Below are positions 50,101 to 61,999 of a stretch of 64,000 nucleotides of DNA, one piece after another (position 1 is the stretch's first letter; each line of letters starts with the position of its first letter). The notes under the pieces were generated by a model. It saw nothing but the letters and a program-made list of their open reading frames with translations, made no database searches and was not told the DNA's origin. The stretch covers positions 1,488,001 through 1,552,000 of the forward strand of contig JAYWIR010000009.1 in assembly GCA_036172245.1 (NCBI GenBank), in the 5' to 3' direction. The stretch is from Raillietiella orientalis. Lineage: Eukaryota. Both the position numbers and the translations under genes were made by a program.

Positions 50101-51222
50101 GGCGTAGCAGCGATATCCGGGGGGAAAGGGGAGGGGCATCCACCCGTCCTCCCCCTGCTTTCCCGCTGTAGGGACTGCCGCCTCCACTCCTTCCCCACCC
50201 TTCCATTTCGCTTTGCGTGTGTGACCCCAAGGAGCCTCCCTCTCGCGCAGCAGCGAGGACTTCTGGAGGGCAGAGAGGTCCTACGGCCGGCATCCACCCC
50301 ACTCCATTGGCCGCGGAGTCGCAAGTGGAACGCTCGGGGAGGGGACGAAAACGGGGGAGATGGAGGAGGAAGACTCGGTCCCGTGGGATCGGGGAGATCC
50401 GTGAACTGGACGCCCACGCACCCTTTCCCTCCTCCCCGCTCGATGGGCGGTGGAGGGCTATCCCTTCAGGGAAAATTCGCGAACCGGGAATTTCCGCCCC
50501 CCTTCCATGTGCTCCTTCCCGCAGAAACCATACGAGAGGGGTGTCCTCACTCCCGGGCGGTGCGTCTCCCTCCATGAAACCCCCAGGAGCCGCCCCGCTT
50601 CCCTGCCGCCTCGTAAAGGCACGGCTTCGCGCAAGGGTGAGGCTTTCCCTTCTTCCTGGCTGGAACCGCGGGAGTGGTCCCCACTGGTTCCCAGGATTGG
50701 AGGATGCGGGTGACCTCGTCCCTTCCCCTCGTTCCAGATGCCGGAGTGTCGGTTGGTGGGAAGTCGCCTTCAGGAGTCCCTGTCGGACCTCGCTATAGGG
50801 GCGGGGCGTTTCGGGAAAAGGAAAGGGAGGGTTCCCGGGGAGAGCCAGGACTGACGGAGCAGCAGGACTCGGGCAGTTCCCGGAAGGGACTTCGGCAAGA
50901 CAGCGGCCCCGCGAGGAGCTCCGAAGTCCCTGCCCTACTGGCTTTGCGATGGCTCGGTGGCCAGCTCTTGCAAGAGCGAATGGAGCGTAGGGCAAAGGAG
51001 GGTCGCGAGTTCATCCGGGAGCTGCCCCGAACTCTTCCCTCCTCACCCTTCAGACTGCTTCCGAGACATGGTGCTCTGCCAGCAGGGAGAAGACTGCGGA
51101 GCTCCTCGTGGGGCTGCCGGAAGTCCCTCTCGGGAAATGTCTAGGAACCGAGTCCTGCTCCCTTCCAGGAGCGCTTGAGGTGTCCCCCTCTCACGGCGGA
51201 GCGAGGGTGGGAGGGAGGGGGG

Positions 51223-51422
51223 GAGGGGAAGCGGCAGTGGCTGGGAAGGGTCCCTGGTCACCTCCCCATACACCAGGGGGTACCGGAGGGTCACGAGTCC
51301 ACCCTTCCCTTTCGTCCCTGCGTTCTGCTCCTCCTTCTGCGGTGGAATGTCTTCCCCGCTCCCCTCGTCCCTCCCGCCCGCAGCCCGACGCCCGCGGGCG
51401 AGGGCTGCAACCTCCCAGAAAC
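51223..51422 (+). repeat. Diverged direct repeat copy 2
   Basis: Aligns to ~47314-47555. Confidence 0.85.
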
Positions 51423-53430
51423 CCACCGAGCGCTCCGCTCCCTCAGGACAGCAGGGGTTCTCTCCCTCCCTGCCCACCCCATTGCTGTGGCGAAACGCGG
51501 ACCCAGCTCCCGGGGAGTCGTCCCGGGGGTACGAGACCTTGACCTCTCCCGCACCCAAGCTCCGCAAGCTGAGAGGACGACTCTTCCCTTCAGAAACCTT
51601 CGGGGAGAAGACGTCCCTCCCCTTTTCGCCTTTGTGGGATCTGGGGATAGGAAAGTCAGGACTATGAGGAGGAGAAGGAGTCAGAGGAGGGACTCACTCG
51701 CATGGGCTTCCCGCGGCGTAGGCAGGGAGTGCACCCCTTTTTCACCACTGGGAGAGTGTCCGGAGCGCGCCACCGTCGCGAACTGGGGCTTCCTTCCCCC
51801 CTCCCACACTCCCCGAAGGAAGAGCTGATGGGTGCGACCAGAGGAGACGGGCCGGCAGGAACAAGGAGAGCTGCGCGCCCCTGCGCCCTCCCTTTCGGAC
51901 GAAGGCACCGCTCCCTTGGCGTGCGCAGACATGGAGCATTCCGCAACCTCACCCCTCTCCAGCGGAGTCGATGCTGCGTAGGGGAACGCATCTCTGGATC
52001 CTGGCGTTCTCCCGGCAAGCCGCAGCCCCAAATCTCCTCGGCCCGCGACCAACATTCCTGTGACTCGAATCTGCAGAGAGGGAGAGGGGGGGAGAGAAGG
52101 GTTGCTACCCGGAGACGGAGCCCACTGAAGAAAAGGAGGAAGAGGGAGGAAAGACAGTGCCAGGGAGCACCGTCTTGGGATGCAGTGGTCCAGGAACTCG
52201 AACGCAACGAGCCGGAAACTGCATGTTTTCCCCTCCCCTTTCCCCCCCCTCTTCCTTTCATCCGAAGGAACTCCAGAAGCATTCCGAGACGCAAAGGGAT
52301 CATGGGATGGTTCACAGGGAGAGCGCTCGTAGCAAAAAGGGAATCATCTCCCTGGCCAGGTCTGCCCCATTGCCGGCACTGGAGAGTGAAGGGCGCCTCC
52401 CATGGGGCCCAGCCCTCAAGAAGGGCGAGGGAACGAGAGTGCTTCGGACCCTCCTCCTCCTCTCTCTCTCGATGAACCCGGACCTTCAGCTAGCTGTGGA
52501 AGGGGGGAGGGGAGAGACCGAGTTTCCCTTAGGAGGAAAGGCGATGCCGAACCTTCTCTTCCTCTTTCGTGGGATTCCGCTGGACGCGGGAGGCTAGCTG
52601 GAACTCGGGTCTGGAACGCAAAAGTCCCCTTTCAATCGAGACTGCAATCGATCCCGAGCAATGGGGTCCCCGGGGCATTCCAGAGCCGGCTTGCCGTTTC
52701 GCCTCCCTCTGATACGGAACGAATTTTCGCGCCATTTCCTGCGCGTCCACGGTTTCCGCCCTCCCATCTGGGCGAGCTGCGCAGCGCTCCGTCGCTTTCC
52801 ATTGTTGTGGTAGCATCTAATTCTGGTTGCATTGTTGCGACTACTCTTTGTCGCTCCCACTGCTGCACGATTGTGTCCGTATGGTTGGGACCATTCTCCC
52901 TCCATTGTTGGGACCACCCTTCTCCTTGGGCACAAGATGGATGCCGGGTTCGTGTCCACGGAAGGCGATGAGCATTTGGAAGAGAGAAAAGAAAAGAAAA
53001 GGAAAAAAAAAAAAAAAACTCCCTCTTGCGGATTCACATACTTCTGAAAATGGAGTTGAAGGAATGCTTCTGAAAATAACGGCAAAGATCCCGTTGCTAA
53101 GAAACAATGGCTCTCCAGACAAGTGAAGCGTTATTCGTTGACAAGTAATTTAAAAGTTGTGAGTGGGAACAAAGAGAACAAAATCTGCTGCTTCTGCTCA
53201 TCATCGGATCGATCATCTCGGCGCTCGAATCTCTTCTGGAGATGGGCAGGAAAAAAGTGATTTCCGGCACAACCAATCAGCAAACGCTGCTGGCGCTGCC
53301 TAAACGGTAAAACCAGGCAGTTGATTTCTCATCGCAAGGAAAGGAAAGGAAAGGACAGAACAAGGATTTACTCCTTTTACTCCTTGAGGATCTTCGCTCT
53401 TCCTCCGTGCCCAGGCCTCATCTGCAACGT

Positions 53431-53872
53431 CTATCTCTTGGCCGTTCTGCGAAATGCGCCGAACCGCCTGGTGAAGCAGCGGACCGGCTGCTCAGCCTTC
53501 GTACCAAATCGTGACCGGAGCAGCCGCTCAGCCCTCCAAAAACGCTTGCCGTTCCTCCGGCAACACCGGCCTTTTTCTCCGGCTGGGGCCTCGCTCCTGG
53601 AAGCGGCATACCTGGAATCTTTCTCCAAAATCAATATTCATAAAGGTCACTCGAGGAGTGATAAATCTGAGGGGCGAACCTTTGAACCTTTGAAAGCAGC
53701 GAGACAATCGCATCCACAGGATCAGAGAAGTCATGAGGATTCCAAATCTGCTAAGCGCTTGGAGACCCGACCGCCGCCTGAGAGCGAATCCCCTGCCCGG
53801 CGACACGCCTTTTTCTCCGGAACACGTTCGGTTTGCTGCTGTCCTTCCAGCTGGGCTGCGAGATCGGCCCAA
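53431..53872 (-). mobile_element. Decayed DIRS1-type reverse transcriptase fragment
   Basis: QRFKGSPLRFITPRVTFMNIDFGERF (ORF 53528..53872; cf. RFKM.TL..I.PGD.M.SIDL.DAYF), then NGKRFW...RFGTKAEQPVRCFTR (ORF 53431..53634; cf. G..YQF..LPFGL.TAPRVFTK). Confidence 0.6.
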
Positions 53873-54199
53873 GGCTGACGGAGAGAGATGTGCACGGATT
53901 TTTGAAAAAACGAAAATTTGGACAGCAGGACGGCATTGGATGGAAGGCGAGGTAGCCTTCTGGCCAGATCGGTCACCTGGTCAGAGTCAGTGGGGTGGAG
54001 ACCAGCCACTTGGACCGTAACTTCACCGAAACCCGGAGACCCCGACTCGGGGCTTGCCGAGAGGGTGGAAGGGAGCGGCGCGTGCATACGAGGCCGAGGG
54101 GAATGCGCCCACAGGAAGCTGTGGAGATGCATCAAAAGAAGAGCGAAGGCCTAAATCCTGGTTGTGGGGTGGGTGTCTGAAGGGATGATCATTAGGTAA

Positions 54200-54450
54200 G
54201 GACTCGGAGGTGCGAAGAAGTAAACGAGGGAAGGAAGTTTACAGGCGGGGAGATTAACAAACGGAAGCTGGGATCCTGTGCATGCCAACACAAGCCTTGA
54301 GAAGCTAGGAGCGCGCAGGAAGCAGGAGGTAGTTCACATGTGTCGAACCAAGGTCACGGGTATCCACAGTGACCCGCATGGACCCCTTCCATTCAGGACG
54401 CCCCCTTCCAGAGGGTTTCCCCGAAAACGCCTGAGCTTTCTCCTCGGGTG
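54200..54450 (+). mobile_element. Decayed DIRS1-type gag C-terminal fragment
   Basis: SIQDAPFQRVS at 54388-54420 (cf. TIQDLPF.G). Single motif only. Confidence 0.3.
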
Positions 54451-55439
54451 GACTTTCAGATGCAACGAGAGCCTCCAGCCGGTGTTTGTTTGCTGCTAGA
54501 GGCGCAAGAGCGCTCTCCTGATGGGCGCGTCGCCTCGTGACCCAGGACGACCGCGAGCAGAAGGTCCGTTCCATCTCAAGCGAGAAGGGAAGATCCAGGT
54601 GTCTCTTCGCGAGAAAGCGTCTTCGTTTTCGTCCTCGAGCAGTAGGAGAAGGACGCGTGCTCCAGATGGAAGAACCACTGGTCATCCCTTCCAGGTTCAA
54701 CAGTGGGCAAGCAGGGAGCGAGTGAAATCGCGTGGGCGGAGCCAACCGGGAGGACGCCCTCGGAGCAAACCTAGCACCAAAGGGGATCTGCGACCGCGGG
54801 GAAGAGGTCTTGAGCAAGCAGCAGCAAAAGGCAGTAGCGAAGCTGCCCCTCGTTGTATCTCGGAGAGGCTTAAGGTTCCGTCACGCGGGGTTTGGGAGCT
54901 TTCTTCCCTCCAGCTCCCCGGCCGTTCCTGCTCAAAGAGGTCGCCCCCGAAGAAGGCGGCGAGGGGCATGCGGAGCGCCGCTGATGTTCACGCCGACCCA
55001 GAGGAAGGAAAATCGTCGCAACCTCCGGCAGCTTCTCCAAGACGGAAGAGATCCTGACCACTCACGGACCATAACCATCCTCCCGCTTGTACGCGGAACC
55101 CAGCCATGACCCCCACGTGCTCAACGAGTTTCCCGGTATTGCGCAGCCGCCAAATAATGGGTGGCGTTTTCTCCCCCCATACATGCGCGCATCCATCACC
55201 GCGGTTCGTTGTTTGCACAACGGACCGTTCGTCAAATTAGCGCTTGGTTTTTTCGCAAAGATTTTTGGTAATTATCTCGCGGCCCGCGTTCCCATTAGCG
55301 CTTCATCTCGTTCCATTAGCACATGCGAGCGCAGCTCCGAATGGGGAAGAAGCCGATGTGGACGAGGAGTTTGGTGTGTGATCACCTGGTGACGAGGAGC
55401 AGCAGAAAAGAAAGGGGGGGAAAGGGGGTGTGTGTGAGA

Positions 55440-56947
55440 AAGGAAAGCTTCCCAAGAGATCGCGAGGCACACATCGGATGAATAATTTATTGGATCCCCC
55501 CTGATGCTGGAGAAGCGATATAGCATTGCGCTTCGAGACTGAGTGCTGTCGGCACGCAACGGCAGACCTCGAATCACGCTCTGGAGACGGGAACACTCGC
55601 GCGGGAGACTTGAAGATTTCCTAGAGGGAGGGGGGGAAGGGGGGAGGTCACTCATTCCAAGCATGCGCTCTTGGAGACATTTCCGAATTCTCCCTTTCCC
55701 CCTCCCCCTCCTCATGCTGAGGAGACCGTGGCGGGAGGGTGCAGCAGACTCGTGTGTTTCGTGACTGCTGCATGCCGTCGAGGCGTGTTCGACCCCCGGA
55801 CCCGTCAATTTGACGATGGCTCCGCATTGCACGTGCGGTGCCACAGCACACGTTCTCGAAGGCTGCAGCATCGCACTCCACAGCGAACAACCGCTGGTCG
55901 TTTGGTACATGACCGGTAGCTGGAGCAGGAGGACTGAGGACGGGATGCCACCTGCCAAACTGACCCGCAGGATCTTCCAGAAAGGATGCGAATGGCAGCC
56001 TGTTCGAAGCGCGCGGCACATCATCCCGGAAACGGGCGCAGCCAGCTGACGCGGGGACGTCGTCCCTCGCCACAGAGGAAAAACACCGCTACGCGCGAAG
56101 AGGAATGCTCCCGGAGGAGGCGTGCTTCCCTAGGAGTCCCTGAGGCACCGTGCCGCTAAAGAGCAAGGAGAGAGGCGGTGGTACTGCGTTCTTCCATCGC
56201 TCTGCAGCTCTGCGCATGGGAGCTGCTGGGCAGAGAGGTTTCCAGGCGCGTCTGGTAGCGGTGCTCCAGGCGGTTACCCCACGAGACAGGAAACGCTCCG
56301 TAGGTGAGCCGCGATCCTGACCTCCGCAGTCGGCCGCTCTAGGAGAGGAGGAGGGCGACAAACCTCTCTCGCGCGCGTCCGAAGCCGTGCGTGGCCGGCG
56401 AGAAGGTGATGCTTTCCCCGCTCCCTTTCCGAAGGTCAGATAATTCTTCCCACCTCCCTTACGAGAGAGTCGTTCCTTCCAGAAGAAGGACGGAGGCATC
56501 TCTCGCCGTACAGCCCGAGCGATCGAAAAATCCCAATCCTCCTCAACAAGCATGACCAAGCGCCATAAAAACGCGCCATGGAAACATCGGCGATTATTGC
56601 AATAAGCTGTCATCAACAGTACTCAAAGTATCAAGTGATAAAATAACGACTCGAAGCGGAGTTCTATCGCTACCCATCAATCTCTCCCGGACTAATCACA
56701 CGTCTGATGTTTCGCTCTTTAAGCATTCTGAATGAAAATTGGCATGCCTGTTTCCTGAAAGAGAACTGTCGGGGGTAGTTAAACACAGAAACGTCTGCAC
56801 CGGGTATTGATCGGAGAGAAAATGTGCAATCAGGATTTTCCTGCAGACAGAAATAATGTTATCTTTCGATATTTACATGGTTACCGGAGAGCTCAACACT
56901 CACGATCCAGAATTCTTTCGTTTTTTTTTTTTCTTTTTTTTCTTCTG

Positions 56948-56978
<31 letters not shown>

Positions 56979-58400
56979 CGTGTGTGTGCGAGTGTCTGTC
57001 TGTCTGTGCGTGTGTGTGTGTGTGTGTGCGTGTGTGTGTGTGTCCGCCATTTTCTTTCGGCGGAAGAAAGCAGATGCGGAGATGTGAGTGATCTCCAGCG
57101 TGCAGCTCGATTCGAGAAATTCCTCTGAGGCAGGGATGAAGGGGACCCGAGGTCTCTCTCCTCTACGCGAACGGCTTCAGCATCTCCAGAAGACGATCTG
57201 TCTGAAGGGCTTGTGCGCACTCCGCGTCGGGACGGCGGTCTCGGCCTCCTGGCACTGCAGCGGCTGGAGAGCCTCAGCTCCAGTTCCGGATCCTCCCCCC
57301 TCGTGGAGCAGTTGTGGAGCACCACCTGGTGCGACCCTGCACGCCTCCTCGTCGAGCAAGCCACCGGCAGCGTGGGACTCGCGTCCTTCTTTGCACGCCA
57401 TCGACGCAGCATCTCGTGCTGAGGACTGCAGCTTCGCCAGGTGGCCACGCTCACCAGGAGGAACAGCTGGATCTCGTGCCGCCCGCGAACGGTGTAGCCT
57501 GGTTGCAGGAAGCCGTTCGCACGCGGGCGAAGCACAACGAGCCATGTCCGCTACAGGCACAGCGTCTGCTGCACGGTTTCTATAATAACTGCTCGCTCCG
57601 GGAGATCCTGGAACATCCCATGAAGAGTGAGCGGGGAGGAAGAACCTCCCTCGCTGCAGCGACGCCCTCGCTGAAGGAACATTTGGGCGGCAGCAGCCTT
57701 GCGGCTAGATGGGAGGGTGGGTAGTGTCTCCGGAAGGCGGAAAGGACTGGGCGAGTGGACGACGGGCCAGCTCACGGAAGCTGCGATCCCGAGTGCCCCA
57801 CTTTGTGGACTTTTGCGATGGGGCGAGCCACAGGGGATTCCGGTGGAAGATCTGCAGTGACCTGCAGCGCTTTTGGAAGGACGCACCCGCCCCTTGAAGT
57901 GGCAGAAGTCGGCGCTGCTGCTGCTGCACCAGGACCTCCCGTGCAACGCCCCACGTCATCAATAGACACGAATATGTGCGTGTGGATTCCAACTGTGTCA
58001 GGTGCGGGGAGTATGAATCCCTCTTGCACCTGCTTGTTGCCTTCCAGCCACTCTGGGAACGCTTTGCTGAGACCCTAGGAGCCCCCGGCAGCAACTCCAG
58101 GGGCTCATCAAGACGTCCCCTCGTGCGCGACGCATCCTTCGGCCCGCAGCCTCTCTAGCAGCTCTCTGCTGTCTAAGCAGTATCATCGCTGCCTGGAGCG
58201 ATACAAGAGGAGGACCGAGCGACAGGGGTGCCACGTCCACTTCGCCGTCCCCTTCATGAGGACAGCAACGAGATCGCCCCAACTGGACAGCCATATCCAG
58301 CAGGACCTTGCGGGCGTACTACTCCAAAATGCAGAGGACCGCCCCCAGAAGACAGTGATCCCTTTCCGCAGCCTCACGCAAATTTGTTTATTCATTTTTA
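55440..58400 (+). mobile_element. Decayed Tx1/L1-clade non-LTR retrotransposon ORF2 (RT, thumb, zinc knuckle), interrupted at ~56640-57090
   Basis: Collinear motifs: KLPK...IYWIPLMLEKRYSI from 55485 (cf. LLPKKG...NWRPISLL..DYKI); GRSLI; RGVFD (cf. KAFD); NNRWS...GGLRTGCHL at 55928 (cf. VNG.LS...RGLRQGCPL); PRRDGGLGL (ORF 57213..57422); LLHQDLPCNA 57921-57950; CVRCGEYESLLHLLV..QPLW (ORF 57976..58158; CCHC knuckle typical of Tx1/L1 ORF2). Confidence 0.75.
56914..57043. repeat. Compound poly(T) + (TG)n/(TGTC)n microsatellite
   Basis: Directly visible interrupted T-run 56914-56967, followed by an imperfect TG repeat to 57043. Confidence 0.95.
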
Positions 58401-58559
58401 TTTTTTTTTGCTTCTTTTTGTTTTCCCCCCTTTCCTCTGCTGCCTTACCGGTCTGCGAACCGGTAATGCAGAAGGTTAGATGTGAAAAGGACGTGGTTGG
58501 ATCACCGGTCCAACCACGGAGATTGCGAATGTTTATTTAATTTATGAATAAATGCCCAG

Positions 58560-58918
58560 GCGTGCCCGAATGAGGATCCTGAAGGCGATCCAGGCGCGGT
58601 CTCAGGGCTAGTGCTCGGCGCCATCCCGAAAGGAAAGACGCCAGTTGGATCGGAGGCCGTACAGTCTGGCAGCGTACAGGATGACCCGAGCAGCGTTCCA
58701 GGCCCGTTTCGCCGTTCCCGCTCCATCCTGCAGGGCGTCTCCACGCAGCCTGCTTCCGCGGGTCCCTGCAGGACTTCCTCCTCAGTGAGATAAAGCAAGG
58801 AGCCGGGAAAGGGGAAAACCAGGGGGAGACGTGCAGCAAGAGGAAGGCGTCTCCTCCCTCCCAGCTTGTTGCTCCTTCCGCAGCCCGTCCACGCAAATTC
58901 CGAATCGGACTGAAGCAT
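58560..58918 (-). mobile_element. Decayed DIRS1-type RT fragment
   Basis: GVFPFGMAPS in ORF 58502..58918(-) (cf. VLPFGL..AP). Confidence 0.35.
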
Positions 58919-59039
58919 GGAGCTTCAAATTAGCATGGACACTGGCAGGAGTTCGCTGCTGACTTGGCCTCTTCCCTTCCTGGCTTTTCGTCTGGGGCAG
59001 GGAGGGGGGGGGGTGACTTGTTGTTTCTGCCTGAATTTC

Positions 59040-59550
59040 AGAGCATCTGGAAAGCCCTCCGGAAAGAAGGCGAGGCGGAAGGAAAAGCGCAGGCTCCCTC
59101 CCCCTGAGGGAGAGAGGCTGGGCAACCCCTGCGTCCGATTTTTCAGGATCCCCCTTCAGAGCCGGGCTCCGTGTGAAGACCCTTCAGGAGAACGTCTCAG
59201 TCTCTGGAGGTGCGACCCTGCGGTATCTCTTTCGCAAAAACAAACCCCACGGCACAGTATTGTAGAACCCCCAAGCGCTGCTCTTCTCCCTCCTACCAGA
59301 GATGAGGAGAGGAGCCCGGCCACATAGCAAGCACCGACTTGCGGGATCCCGAGATCCGGGATGCGCCTCGTTCCCGAAATAAGAAGTGGTGCGTCCTCGG
59401 CCTCCGATTTTGGAACGGAACTGTTGGTTGGGTCCCGCGTTTCCGAGGAGACGGGAGCAGGGAGAATTTCACGCTCGCCTTCCTGTGACTGCCGTAATCG
59501 CCGCCATACATTTGGGGAGAAACGCAAACGCTGCATCCCGAGGAATCCTC
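59040..59550 (+). mobile_element. Decayed DIRS1-type tyrosine recombinase fragment
   Basis: LGNPCVRFFRIPLQSRAP...WRCD...VEPP (ORF 58917..59327; cf. HP.V.RFLRG...RPP...WDL...FEPL) and LLVGSRVSEE (ORF 59361..59762; cf. LAI.S.RRVSEL). Confidence 0.6.
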
Positions 59551-60349
59551 TCCATGCCAAGTCCTGCGTCCCTGGCGTTATTTATTGTAATAGGAGCGCG
59601 CGGGAGAGGGGGGGGGGAGAACCCGAGCGACGCACCGCTCAGCCATGGAAGCTCAGCTACCACGCGTTGCTACGATCCCGGCGCCAGCGGTTTCCTGGAG
59701 CGCGCACTTACGGACTGTTAGGGCATCTTTATGTACACTGTATCATTTCGCTCTTCCCGTGATTTCATCTCGCGCGACGGAAGAACGAGCATTTGGCAGC
59801 GCCTTCCTCGTAGATATCGCCCCGTCTCGAGATTTATCTGCCACACTCACCCGCTGTTGCTGCGCTCGGATGACGCGCCTCGGGAGCGGAAAGAGGGAGG
59901 GAGGGAGGAAGGGAGAGGGGGGGGGAGTGTCTTTTGAAACGCAACGGGTGCGCATCTCGTCCTACCTTTTACCAGGTTCCCCGAACCAGACACGTGCCGA
60001 GTTGCGGGCGCGCGCCACTGGTCACTCGCTCCACTTTGCCGTGCCCTGCGGGAGACGAGGCGCTCTCCTGGCTGGGAAGCAGGCCGCTCTCCCGCCCATT
60101 GGGCCATAGGCAGCAGCGGCGCGTGCCCCGGGTGGTGCCCCCCGTAGGCGACCGGGTGGCTGCGGTCTCTGCGCGCGCGGCACCCAGTGTCGCGGGTTCA
60201 AATCCCGCAGGGAAGAACCGACGTCGCAGAGAGATGGAGGGCGGGGGAGGGAGGGAGGTTCGTCGTGAATTTCGAGTCCTCCCCCCTCCCTTAACTTCCT
60301 TCCTGCAGGGTGACGCTGCCGGTGTCCTATTCGGGTGCAGCAATGGTGG

Positions 60350-61500
60350 GCCTCCGCTGAATGACTGGGATTAGCAGTTGACCCTCCGGAGCCCTTCCAG
60401 GAATCGAGGAACCCTTCGAGGATCCGCTCTGGTTGTGCAAATGGAGCTGTCCTCTCCGCCTTCTGGAGGGCTCTCCATCGCGTTCCATAGAGCTGGTCGA
60501 TACCTCCCTCGGGGGGTGCCTCTCCAGAGTATTAAGAAGAGCGCTGCTCCCTTCGGGAAGCATCCCTCCCGGGTTTTGTTCGGAAGGGTCACTGGGAGCG
60601 GTTCACCTTGCGCCTTCCTTCCGAAGAAGTGAGGAGCGGCCCTCCAAATACGGGTGGTCCCTCCGGAGAGAACAAGGAACAGGTTCCCTTCGGGGTTCCC
60701 CCCCCAGGAGAAAGAGAGGAACGGACTTCTTCCTCCGGAGTCCCTTCCTGGATTCGTAGGGTGGTCCCCTCCCGTGGCACCCACTATAAATTGAAGAATC
60801 ACACGCACCCCTGGGTGACGTGGGCACTGTCGAAGAGCTTCGTGCTCCAGAGGAGGTGAACCTCCTCGAGAACGGGGGGGAGGAGAGAAGAGGGGAAGAA
60901 AACCCGAAAGGAGGAGACCGGAAGGGAAGCAGCAAAAAGAGAAGAGCCCAAAAGGTCATCCTGGTGCCAGGCCAGTAGCGGCCTTCCCGCGAGATCGCTA
61001 CTAATCTTTCAAAAGAAGAAAAAAAAAGATGCGCGGACGAGGCGTGCAGACCCTCGGGAATCGATATGTGGAGTAGGGGGGGGAAGTCTGATTGGGGTTC
61101 CAAGAAGGCTTCTTGAACGGGGGGTCCCTCCGTGCACCCGCTCTTGAGGAATTTGGGAGCAGAGCATGGCCGGCGCTTGCAAAAAGGGAAGGGAGCGGGG
61201 AGGAAGCAGCTGCTCGGGGCCGGGCCGGGTGTGGCGTGCTCTTCTGCTGGCGGGAGGAGATGGGGGGAGGTCCCGGGGTCGATATATCTTGGATATCTTT
61301 CTGCTGCTGCGCTCTGGGGGACTTTCCACCTCTTCTCGTCGTGGAGCCGGGAGCTCGGGATCCGCTTCCGCGCGTCCCCAGGACGAACCGCCGCTCGCAC
61401 CGCCCACCCGTCCGCCAGGATGCGCTGCCGTGATGGCGCTTCTCGACGTGGCGGTGGCTTTTGCCGTGAGGCACACTCGTCGGCAGGGGGAAGCGGCTCC
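60350..61500 (-). mobile_element. Decayed DIRS1-type RT-RNase H fragment
   Basis: ORF 60603..61733(-) has SDFPPLLHISIP (cf. DL.DAYLHIPI) and FRSPPFGFSSP (cf. F.ALPFGLSSAP). ORF 60327..60563(-) has LLNTLE and HLHNQSGS (cf. HIN.LE; YIN.QGG). Confidence 0.6.
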
Positions 61501-61999
61501 GCTGGTCTCCTGGAAAACCAGTCTCGCAGCAGCGACCCTCCGCATCCCTGGGAGCCCCCAGGGGGGTGAAGTGGGGGACGGCGAAAATCGGACGGTGCAG
61601 CGATGAAAGGAGGAGGAGCTGGGCCGTTGGTCGAAGACATTCCTGCCCTCTCCGCCCCCTGCCCTCCTCCGAGCGCGCACGCATGGGGAAGGTCGGCCGG
61701 TCGACTTGCGACCCGGTAGAGCTCCCCCTCCAACTCGGAAGGCTCCCCCTAGAACGGCGGGCGGAATTTTTTTCCCCCCCATAGAACTCCCTCGAGGGCG
61801 AGTCTCCGCTGCTCCTCCATAACCGGGCCCGCTCCCGCCCCGCTTCCCCTTCCGTTCGGCTGGGACTGACTGCGCCGAGGAAGGGAGGGGGGAAAGGGAG
61901 GGTGGGAGGTGAGGGGGGAACTCGGGGAACAATGTCGTCACGGGACGGTTCTCCAGGTCAGATACGTTCCACCGGTGTTCCGCGTAATTGATTCGATAC

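Noticed and set aside
49394..50995. 533-aa ORF (and the 445-aa ORF at 36008-37345 and other long ORFs) as real genes
   Set aside because: R/G/P/S/A-rich low-complexity composition with overlapping ORFs in several frames, as expected from GC-rich non-coding DNA. The only recognisable motifs are short TE remnants.
57190..57270. R2 retrotransposon, suggested by PRRDGGLGL
   Set aside because: GGLG is shared across non-LTR clades. The downstream LLH..LPCN and C..C...E.L.HLL...LW pattern without a restriction-like endonuclease motif, and the absence of flanking 28S sequence, fit Tx1/L1 better.
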